Program-made: the position numbers and the translations under genes
Part shown: one piece after another, positions 38,082 to 45,896 of the stretch
Layout: every line of letters begins with the position of its first letter
Position numbering within the stretch: the stretch's first letter is position 1
Notes under the pieces: model-generated
The model's database searches: none
The model's input: the letters and a program-made list of their open reading frames with translations, nothing else
Told to the model about the DNA's origin: nothing
NCBI GenBank assembly: GCA_963846445.1
Contig: CAWJWM010000015.1
Span: 20,043-84,042 of the forward strand
Direction: 5' to 3'
DNA from: an uncultured Verrucomicrobiae bacterium
GTDB taxonomy: Bacteria; Verrucomicrobiota; Verrucomicrobiia; Limisphaerales; J093
Length of the DNA stretch: 64,000 bases

Positions 38082-38851
38082 GGAGCATTTGTGCCGGGAG
38101 AAAGCACCTGCCACTGGAAGACAAGTTGTCCCCAGGTCAGGAGTGGGGCGCCGGGTTCCGGGGCGACCGGCTCAAAGCGGGCGGCGCGGGCCAACGCCAG
38201 GGCGTGTTCGTCGGCGGCCGGGAGCCCGCTGCGCGTCAGCAGAGTCGCTGCCAGCACCCCGCCGTCGCGATCGACCATCAGTTCAACGGTCGTGGGCGCC
38301 AGCACGTCGTGGTGAGTCCAGCTTGGCAGTTCGGGGGCATCGATCCTCTTCCGCCTGGCCAGTTCACCTTCCACGCGGGCGGCGGATGGCAGCGGAGTCG
38401 ATGGCTTTGGCGTGGCGGCAGCGCCTGCAAACGGTTCCGGGAGTGGAGCAGCGGCCAGCGGGGACGGGACGGCTTGGGACGTTGAGAGGCTCTTGGCGAC
38501 GGCCAGACGGTTCGGGTCTTGCGTCAACCATTGGGGAGGGTCAGCCCAATACCGTGAACCGCCTTCCAGCCTCGGCAGCCGGCGCCAGGTCGGCCCCGAG
38601 AATCCTCGAACACTCACCAAGGCGACCTCCGCCGGGTCGTCCACCCACACCTGGGATTCCAGGTCGGACGGCGTCACCGGCTCGGGCAACAGCCGCACTC
38701 GGCCCCGCTGGTTCGCGGGAGCAACGGACAAGGGGGTGCGTGACGAAAAGACCAACACCAGAATCACCTGAAGCAGGAAGATGCTGGCCACCCACTGCCA
38801 CCCTCGGGGTCGGTCCCAGAACCCGGATTTGTGAGCAGAATGGCCGATCAT
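38078..38851 (-). CDS. TonB-family energy transducer
   Basis: 257 aa with an N-terminal TM (WVASIFLLQVILVLVF), a Pro-rich spacer, and a C-terminal TonB-like domain (VELMVDRDGGVLAATLLTRSGLPAADEHALALARAARFEP). Has an ATGA overlap with exbD. Confidence 0.7.
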   Translation of the reverse strand: MIGHSAHKSGFWDRPRGWQWVASIFLLQVILVLVFSSRTPLSVAPANQRGRVRLLPEPVTPSDLESQVWVDDPAEVALVSVRGFSGPTWRRLPRLEGGSRYWADPPQWLTQDPNRLAVAKSLSTSQAVPSPLAAAPLPEPFAGAAATPKPSTPLPSAARVEGELARRKRIDAPELPSWTHHDVLAPTTVELMVDRDGGVLAATLLTRSGLPAADEHALALARAARFEPVAPEPGAPLLTWGQLVFQWQVLSPGTNAP

Positions 38852-39294
38852 GGACTGCCCGGCGATTGCGCCCCGGACGGGAACAGCGGGGGACGAGTGC
38901 CGATCACAATCTCCCGAATCCCGGCCTGTCGGGCGAGGGCGGCCAGGCGCACGATCGCCGCATGCTTGACCGATGCGTCGGCCTGAACAAGCAGCGCGAG
39001 CGGTTCACGGCTCTGCTCTGATTTGGCTGCCAGACGCTCCCGCAACTCTTCGTCGCCAATCACCTGATGCTCGAAGTAGACCAATTCGTGCTGGTCCACA
39101 GTGACCACCAGGAACGGTCCCCGTGGGGCGGGTTGATCCTGCAACCCTACGGTGGGGAGCTGGATCTGCAATCCCGGCACCGGCGCAAGCGCGGTTTGGA
39201 GCAGCAGGAACAGCACCAACAGAAAGAGCACACTCGCCACTGGCGCAACGTCCAGCCGTCCGGTGAATGGCTTGAGATTGCGTTGGTACCGCAT
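38848..39294 (-). CDS. exbD: Biopolymer transport protein ExbD/TolR
   Basis: MRYQRNLKPFTGRLDVAPVASVLFLLVLFLLL... then a periplasmic domain (LLVQADASVKHAAIVRLAALARQAGI). The start was taken at the internal ATG 39294. Confidence 0.8.
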   Translation of the reverse strand: MRYQRNLKPFTGRLDVAPVASVLFLLVLFLLLQTALAPVPGLQIQLPTVGLQDQPAPRGPFLVVTVDQHELVYFEHQVIGDEELRERLAAKSEQSREPLALLVQADASVKHAAIVRLAALARQAGIREIVIGTRPPLFPSGAQSPGSP

Positions 39295-39378
39295 CGGTCG
39301 AGAGCGGCTAACGAGGGTGCGTCTCGGCCCGAGGCCGCAGGTCGCCATCTCGTTTCGTCTGGGCTTTGGCCTTCATAT

Positions 39379-39556
39379 GGTCTGAGGCGCGCCTCGCTCG
39401 AGTGGCTCCTCGTTTAAAATCTTTAGTAAACGACTCAAGTTCTTGCGCCGCGCAGCGGCGCCCCTTAGCGAGGCGTCGAATGTCGGTTGCCATGGCCAAA
39501 AGCCAGCGCAAACGAATCGGTGTCATGCTCCCTCTGTCTGAGGCGCAGCCTCGCTA
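39379..39556. repeat. Palindromic intergenic element, copy A (inside the exbB-exbD operon)
   Basis: Bounded by GGTCTGAGGCGCGCCTCGCT (39379-39398) and GTCTGAGGCGCAGCCTCGCTAA (39536-39556). Contains the GC hairpin GCGCCGC-GCA-GCGGCGC (39445-39461). Also contains a 91-bp unit with 10-bp terminal inverted repeats TTAGCGAGGC...GCCTCGCTAA (39466-39556). Related copies lie at 53450-53595 and 63910-64000. Confidence 0.75.
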
Positions 39557-40171
39557 AAGCTTGTGGAGATCGTTCAGCAGGCTGACGATTTCGGAGGACG
39601 CTTTCTCCATGTCGACGACGATCTCATTGACACGGCTGACCAGGTAGTTATAGCCGGCATAGCAGGGGATCGCCACTGCCAACCCGGCCCCTGTGCAGAC
39701 GAGCGCTTGCCAGACCCCCCCCGCCAGTTGGGCCGCCGGAGCCGAGATGCCTTGGGTCTGGAGAACGCGGAAGACGTCGATAAAGCCCAGCACGGTGCCC
39801 AGCAGGCCCATGATCGGCGCGATCTGCCCGATCGTCGCCAACAACGCGAGCTTCTCCTCGAGCCGCGGCACTTCGACCAACCCCGCGTCCTCGAGGGCTT
39901 CCCGAACCCCCTCCCTTCCCCGTTCGCGATTGAGAACCGCCGTCTTGACCAACCGGGCCACCGGTCCGGGGGTCGCATCGCAAATGGAGATCGCCTCGAC
40001 CACATTGTCCCGTTTGAGCACGTTGCGCACGCCGTTGATGAAGTCGAGGGAATTGATCTGTTCCCGATGATAGTGCAGCAACCTCTCGACAAACACGGCC
40101 ACCGCCAAGGCTCCGGCAACCAAGAGGAGCCACATCATCGAACCGCCATGGCTGAGCAACTCGGGCAACAT
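39554..40171 (-). CDS. exbB: MotA/TolQ/ExbB proton-channel protein
   Basis: 205 aa with 3 TM helices and LATIGQIAPIMGLLGTVLGFI...GGVWQALVCTGAGLAVAIPCY. Confidence 0.85.
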   Translation of the reverse strand: MLPELLSHGGSMMWLLLVAGALAVAVFVERLLHYHREQINSLDFINGVRNVLKRDNVVEAISICDATPGPVARLVKTAVLNRERGREGVREALEDAGLVEVPRLEEKLALLATIGQIAPIMGLLGTVLGFIDVFRVLQTQGISAPAAQLAGGVWQALVCTGAGLAVAIPCYAGYNYLVSRVNEIVVDMEKASSEIVSLLNDLHKL

Positions 40172-40317
40172 CCGCTTCTTCTACCGGGACGAAGCCGGCA
40201 TCGGCAATCTTCAAAAAACCCGCTCGCGCGGGTGAGAACTCAATTGCGCCGCCGGACAGGTCCCCCTATCTTCCGCACGAAGCGCGCCGCGCGTCCCGCC
40301 GGCTGGCGCCATGCGCA

Positions 40318-42831
40318 ATGAACGTCACACTCAATTGGCTGAAACAATACGTCGATTTCGACTGGACCCCGGACGAACTCGCTGAACGGCTGACCATGCT
40401 GGGCCTTGAAGTCGAGGGGGTCAAGCGTTTGGGCGGCGAGTTCGATGGCATCGTCGTCGCCCAAGTGCTCTCCCGAGACAAGCACCCCAATGCCGATAAG
40501 CTCTCGGTCTGCCGGGTGCAGGACGGGCAAGGGGAACGCCAGATCGTCTGCGGAGCCCAGAACTTTCAGGCAGGTGACAAGGTCCCCCTGATCTTGCCGG
40601 GCCATTGCCTGCCCGCCCGGCCCGGCGAGCCGCCCTTCTCCATCAAGGTCGGCAAGATACGAGGAGTGGAATCGCACGGCATGCTCTGCTCCCCCAAGGA
40701 GCTTGGTCTGGCCGAGGATGCGCAGGGACTCATGATCTTGCGCGCAGACGCTCCGCCCGGCCAACCCTTTGCCGCGTACCTGGGCCGCAGTGCTGGCGAT
40801 GTCGTGTACGACCTGGAAATCACGCCGAACCGCCCCGACCTCAACAGCGTGATCGGCATCGCGCGCGAAATCGCGGCACTCACTGGACATCCACTGCGCC
40901 TGCCCGAGCTGCACACGCCGCCGCTGCTGCCCGACGACCTTCGAGCTGACGACCTTGTGGCGGTGCGCCTCGAAGACCCGGACCTGTGCCCGCGCTATAC
41001 CGCCCGCGTGCTGCGGGGCGTGAAGGTAGGGCCCAGCCCGGATTGGATGCGTGCGCTGCTCGAACGGGTGGGGCTGCGCAGCATCAACAACGTGGTCGAC
41101 GCCACCAACTTCGTGATGCTCGAAATCGGACAACCGCTGCATGCGTTCGATTACGGCCTCATCGCCCCCGGACGCGCGGCTTCCGCAGACCCGGGCGCCA
41201 AGCCTGTGATTGTGGTCCGACGCGCGCGGGCGGGTGAATCGTTCATCACGTTGGACGGTCAAAACCATCGCCTCGCCGATGCCATGCTGCTCATCGCGGA
41301 CGAGCAGAAAGGCATCGCGCTGGCGGGCATCATGGGAGGAGAGAATTCGGAGATCCATGAGCGGACCGTCGACGTCCTGCTCGAGAGCGCCTATTTCATG
41401 CCCGCCAACATCCGGCGCACCTCGAAGATGCTCGGGTTGCGCACGGACGCCTCGTATCGCTTCGAGCGCGGAGCCGACCTGGAAATGACCGACTGGGCCA
41501 GTCGGCGGTGCGCCCAGTTGATCCTCGAGACCGCAGGCGGCCGGCTCGCCGCTGGCGCCGTCGATGCGTATCCCCGACCGCTCGAACCGCGCCAGATCAC
41601 CTTGCGCCACGAAAAGGTCAATCAACTGCTCGGCATTCATCTCCAGCCCGCCGAGATCGAGTATTACCTCGGTCAACTCGGCCTGAAGGCGGCTGGGCGC
41701 AAGCCGCGGCCGGTCGGTGAGTCTGATCGGATCGAGCCGGTGACCTTCATCGTCCCCACGTTTCGCGTCGACCTGAAGCGAGAGGCGGACCTCATCGAGG
41801 AGGTCTGCCGACTGCATGGTGTCGAGAGGATCCCCGCCACCCCGCCACGGGGGGCGATCGGTGCGCACGAGTACGACGCGCGTCACGACCAGATCGCCGA
41901 GGCCCGGCGGCTGCTCGCGGGTCTGGGCTTGCAGGAAGCTCAGGGCCAAACGCTCATCTCCGACACCGCTGCGGCTTTCGTCCTGGCACCCTCCTGTCCT
42001 GGCCCAATGACCCGGCCCGCTGCGGCGGTGGCGCTGGCCAACCCGCTCAGCGGCGACATGAATGTCCTGCGTCCGAGTCTGTTGCCGGGGCTTCTCGATT
42101 CCCTGCGCCACAATCTGAACCGCCAGAACCTGGATGTCGCCCTGTTCGAGGTGGGCCGCGTCTTCGTGCCGGATGGCGGAAGCATCGCGGAGCACCGGCG
42201 AATCGGCCTGGCTCTGACGGGCCGGCGCCAACCCACCTTCTGGAGCGGTCCGGACCGGGAGGCCAGGTACGACGCGTCGGACCTCAAAGGACTGGTCGAG
42301 GAGTTTCTGGAGCAGTATGGCCTGCGCGGCGTCACCTGCCTCCGACAGACGGATCCTCCCCCGCTCTTCGTCGAGTCGGCTGTGCTGCTGCTCGGAGGAA
42401 AGCTGGCGCTCGGAGAGATCGGGCAACTCGCTCCGGCCCTGGCCAAGCGCTACGACCTGCGCGATCCCGTGTTTCTGGCGGAGCTTGACCTCACGCAGTT
42501 GCTGCTGCGCCGCAACCCGGTGAAATCCTTCAAACCGTTGCCCGCCTTCCCGTCGATCCGGCGCGACCTGGCGATTGTGGTGGCGGAGTCTGTCACGCAC
42601 GAGGCGGTGGTCTCGTCCGTCAGACAGGCCAAAGTCCAACACATCGAATCCATCGAGTTGTTCGACGTCTTCCGGGGCAAGAACATCGCTCCCGGCCAGA
42701 AGAGTCTGGCCTACGCTTTCACCTACCGAAGCGCGGAACGCACCCTGACCGATGTCGAGGTCAACGCCGCCCAGGACAGGATCGTAGCCCGGCTGACCCA
42801 GGACCTCGACGCCGTCGTGCGTGACTCCTGA
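40318..42831 (+). CDS. pheT: Phenylalanine--tRNA ligase beta subunit
   Basis: 837 aa: MNVTLNWLKQYVDFDWTPDELAERLTMLGLEVEG, tRNA-binding domain (HPNADKLSVCRVQDG) and B3/4, B5 and FDX-ACB order. Confidence 0.95.
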   Translation: MNVTLNWLKQYVDFDWTPDELAERLTMLGLEVEGVKRLGGEFDGIVVAQVLSRDKHPNADKLSVCRVQDGQGERQIVCGAQNFQAGDKVPLILPGHCLPARPGEPPFSIKVGKIRGVESHGMLCSPKELGLAEDAQGLMILRADAPPGQPFAAYLGRSAGDVVYDLEITPNRPDLNSVIGIAREIAALTGHPLRLPELHTPPLLPDDLRADDLVAVRLEDPDLCPRYTARVLRGVKVGPSPDWMRALLERVGLRSINNVVDATNFVMLEIGQPLHAFDYGLIAPGRAASADPGAKPVIVVRRARAGESFITLDGQNHRLADAMLLIADEQKGIALAGIMGGENSEIHERTVDVLLESAYFMPANIRRTSKMLGLRTDASYRFERGADLEMTDWASRRCAQLILETAGGRLAAGAVDAYPRPLEPRQITLRHEKVNQLLGIHLQPAEIEYYLGQLGLKAAGRKPRPVGESDRIEPVTFIVPTFRVDLKREADLIEEVCRLHGVERIPATPPRGAIGAHEYDARHDQIAEARRLLAGLGLQEAQGQTLISDTAAAFVLAPSCPGPMTRPAAAVALANPLSGDMNVLRPSLLPGLLDSLRHNLNRQNLDVALFEVGRVFVPDGGSIAEHRRIGLALTGRRQPTFWSGPDREARYDASDLKGLVEEFLEQYGLRGVTCLRQTDPPPLFVESAVLLLGGKLALGEIGQLAPALAKRYDLRDPVFLAELDLTQLLLRRNPVKSFKPLPAFPSIRRDLAIVVAESVTHEAVVSSVRQAKVQHIESIELFDVFRGKNIAPGQKSLAYAFTYRSAERTLTDVEVNAAQDRIVARLTQDLDAVVRDS

Positions 42832-44121
42832 CTAACCCCTTCGGTTGACCCGCCAGAGCAGGATGGCGCCGACGATCTGAAAAAGCAGGTTCGGGATCCA
42901 GAGCACCAAGTGCGGCAGGCGGTCAGGCCGGGTCTCCCAGGCCTGCCCGAGGATGATAAAACTGTAGTACATCAGCACGAGAACCAACGCCAAAGCCACC
43001 CCTGCGCTGGTTTCACGGCGGTGGGCGCGGATGCCCAAGGGGATGCCCACCAACGCGAATCCAACGCACGCGAACGAGAACGCAACCTGACGGTGCATCT
43101 GCACCGCGACAGGCGTCACGTCAACCCCTCGCCGACGATAATCATAGAACTCTCGCATGAGCCTGCCAAAGGTCATCTCGGAGAGCCTGGGCTTGTCCCG
43201 GCGGGGTGAACTGACGCGGACGGGCAGGAGCAGCGGTCGATCCTGAGCGCTGCCTAACTGCCAGGAATCCCGGTAGACCCCTTCAACCTCGGGCAGAAAA
43301 AGGCGCACCTGCCCGTTGGTGGGGTCGATGCTGACCGTTGCCTCCGGTGCGCTCAACACGAGTTCCACTCGGGGAACAGACGACGAGACATTCGGCGGAG
43401 ACACGGATTCAGGAGCCACATTCGTCGCGGCCGGGACATCCGGGATGGCCGTGGCGCCGGCTGCGTGGTCGAGGGGCAGATTGGTCTCGACGACAACTCC
43501 CGGCGCACCGTTTGTCTCTTCCGTGATGCTGGCCGGCATCTCGTCCGTCTCTCCCTCGTCGGACAGTGGCGACGGCTGGCCGGTCTCCATTTGGTAGATC
43601 ACCACGTTCTTCAGTGTGTCTCCCTGAGCGCTTCCCACGTAGATGATGTAGCCCGGGAAATCTTTGATGAACTGGTTCTCGGCCAAAAACTTCGTGGGTT
43701 GATCGACCCCAAGGCGGTAGAACAGTTCTTTGTAGGCCATTCGGCATTGCGGCGCGAGCCGCAGGTTGAACCAACCGCTCAACCCGGTGAGGGCAAGGCT
43801 CAAGAGCAACACCGGCGCCGCAAGGGCGACGAGACTGATGCCACTGGCCCGTGCCGCGGTTAACTCCTGGTCCGCGCTCAAGCGACCGAATGTCAACAGC
43901 GTTGCGGTCAGCAATCCCATGGGCAGCGCGTACACCATGACATAGGGCACCAACAGGGTGATTGCCTGGATGACAATCCCCAAGGTGGCCTGGCGGTTGA
44001 CGAGCAAACCGAGGATTTGCTTCAGCAGGTTCCCAAGCAGAAGGACAAAAGTGAAGACGATGACAGTCATCGCGACGCTCGCCATCACCTGACGCAGGAT
44101 GTACCAATGCAGCGTTTTCAT
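42832..44121 (-). CDS. LptF/LptG family LPS export permease
   Basis: 429 aa: MKTLHWYILRQVMASVAMTVIVFTFVLLLGNLL..., six TM segments and a large periplasmic insert. Confidence 0.8.
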   Translation of the reverse strand: MKTLHWYILRQVMASVAMTVIVFTFVLLLGNLLKQILGLLVNRQATLGIVIQAITLLVPYVMVYALPMGLLTATLLTFGRLSADQELTAARASGISLVALAAPVLLLSLALTGLSGWFNLRLAPQCRMAYKELFYRLGVDQPTKFLAENQFIKDFPGYIIYVGSAQGDTLKNVVIYQMETGQPSPLSDEGETDEMPASITEETNGAPGVVVETNLPLDHAAGATAIPDVPAATNVAPESVSPPNVSSSVPRVELVLSAPEATVSIDPTNGQVRLFLPEVEGVYRDSWQLGSAQDRPLLLPVRVSSPRRDKPRLSEMTFGRLMREFYDYRRRGVDVTPVAVQMHRQVAFSFACVGFALVGIPLGIRAHRRETSAGVALALVLVLMYYSFIILGQAWETRPDRLPHLVLWIPNLLFQIVGAILLWRVNRRG

Positions 44122-44161
44122 CCCTTCGGCACCACAGCGAACAGCTTCGCGCGGTTCACGA

Positions 44162-44197
44162 CAAAAGAAAAGGGCCGCCTTCCTGCAAAGACGGCCC
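44162..44197 (-). terminator. Rho-independent terminator of the DUF11 gene
   Basis: Minus strand reads GGGCCGUCUU-UGCAGG-AAGGCGGCCC, a 10-bp stem with one G-U, followed by UUUUCUUUUG. It lies 55 nt after the stop at 44252. Confidence 0.7.
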
Positions 44198-44251
44198 TGA
44201 GAAGCTGGCCCGACGACGCCTTGGCAGGCTCGCCGAGTCGGCGCCCGCGGT

Positions 44252-45859
44252 CTAGTAAACCGTCGTGCTCTCGAGTTCGACGATCGGAGTCTCGCGCGTC
44301 CGCGTCGTGACCTGCACTTCGAGGCGATGGTCGCCTGCGGCGACGCCCTTGGCGCGGATCGTGTAGGTCACCACGGCCTTCGGCGCCAGGGTCGGCACCA
44401 CCGGCCACGTGACATTCTTGCCGCTGATGGTCCCCCCGCTGGAGGCGCTGACCGGGTCCGTCTGGGCCTGGAAGGCGGCCTTGACGGTGATGTTCTCGAT
44501 GTTCCGGCTGGAGCCTTGGTTCGTCACCCGGATGGTGAATGTGGTGAACTCATCGACTTGGATCGGATCGGGATCGTCAACCACCTCGACGAGCACGCCG
44601 GTGACGCCAACCCACTCGGTGCAGGCTTGGGCAGACTCGCGCAGGCCCTGGGATGTCACGACCGCCGCGCCGTTGCAGTAGTTGCCCGGCTCCTTGGAGG
44701 TGAGGGTCACATTAAACGACTTCTCAGCGCCCTTCTCGAGGGTCCCAACGTTCCACGTCGCGGTGTTTCCGCTCACGGTGGCGCCCTGAGCCGTGACGAT
44801 CGCAGTCGGCGGCGGCGCAGTGTCTGTCAGCACCACACCCGTCAGATCGACGTCTCCCACGTTGCTCACTTTGATCTGGTAGTTGGCGGTCTTGTTGATC
44901 AACTGCTGTTGATCACCCGTCTTCACGATCTTAAGGCCGGGCTGAACCACGGTGGTGCACGCGTCGTCGCTGACCTTTGGAACATTGTCGGCAACCGCAG
45001 ACGCCGTGTTGCAGAATTTGCCGCGCTGCGCAGCTTTGACGGTCACCGGGATGGTCTTGGACTGGTTGGGGGCCAACTCACCCACATTGAAGGTCAGTTG
45101 CTTCTGGCCGCTGGCGTGCGTCAGACCCTCAGGAATGTCATCCGTCACCACCACATTCCGGGCAACGGCGTTGCCGCGATTGGCGACCACGACGTTGTAG
45201 GCGACATCCGCGTTGAGTTGCGCCACCTCGGGCCCTGTCTTCTCGATGGCCAAGAGCGGTCGTCCGACGAGGGTCTTGGCGCACAGCCGCGGATCGGCGG
45301 AAACCGTCGCGCAGGAGCCGAGCTCGCCTTCGCGATCCGCACGAACCCATACCTTCAAGGGCACGACCTGGCCGGGATCCATATCGCCCAACTCCCACAC
45401 AAGGCGGTCGCCAACCACACGGGCCTGAGGTTCGCTCCGGACATAAGTCGCGCCAGCCGGAATCTGCTCGGTGACTACAACGTTGCCCACGCAGGCCATC
45501 GCGCGCGGATTCAACTCATACATGAACTCCTGCCCCAGCAGAACCTCGCGCGGCATCGTCTTCGTCATGTGCACCCACCCGGTGTCAATCACATCGCAGG
45601 CCCCGCTTGGCTGCGGGGCGGGCGCCTCGACAACGCGCGCAGGCCTGGGCGCCACCACCACCGCCGGTGCCGCCTCGCTCCCAGTAAACGGTGAGCGGCC
45701 CGTGTAAAAGTCGCCGTAAGGCACACTGAAATTCCGACGACCGTGCAACGGATCCTCGACGCCGGTCGCTTGCGCCACGGCCGTTTGAGAGAAGGCGAGA
45801 ACGAGCGCTGTCAAGCTAGCAGACAGCACTAACGACATAGAAAAATTTGGACGTTTCAT
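44252..45859 (-). CDS. Cysteine-rich DUF11-repeat envelope protein (chlamydial OmcB-like architecture)
   Basis: 535 aa with a signal peptide (SLVLSASLTALVLAFSQTAVAQA), about 4 DUF11-type repeats (e.g. YNVVVANRGNAVARNVVVTDDIPEGL, YQIKVSNVGDVDLTGVVLTD, FTIRVTNQGSSRNIENI) and paired Cys at repeat borders. Confidence 0.75.
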   Translation of the reverse strand: MKRPNFSMSLVLSASLTALVLAFSQTAVAQATGVEDPLHGRRNFSVPYGDFYTGRSPFTGSEAAPAVVVAPRPARVVEAPAPQPSGACDVIDTGWVHMTKTMPREVLLGQEFMYELNPRAMACVGNVVVTEQIPAGATYVRSEPQARVVGDRLVWELGDMDPGQVVPLKVWVRADREGELGSCATVSADPRLCAKTLVGRPLLAIEKTGPEVAQLNADVAYNVVVANRGNAVARNVVVTDDIPEGLTHASGQKQLTFNVGELAPNQSKTIPVTVKAAQRGKFCNTASAVADNVPKVSDDACTTVVQPGLKIVKTGDQQQLINKTANYQIKVSNVGDVDLTGVVLTDTAPPPTAIVTAQGATVSGNTATWNVGTLEKGAEKSFNVTLTSKEPGNYCNGAAVVTSQGLRESAQACTEWVGVTGVLVEVVDDPDPIQVDEFTTFTIRVTNQGSSRNIENITVKAAFQAQTDPVSASSGGTISGKNVTWPVVPTLAPKAVVTYTIRAKGVAAGDHRLEVQVTTRTRETPIVELESTTVY

Positions 45860-45896
45860 TGCTGAGGCAAATCCTAAGGCTGGCGCAGATCACTTG

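Noticed and set aside
40240-42642. 800-aa minus-strand ORF
   Set aside because: It is antisense to pheT, which matches PheRS beta along its full length.
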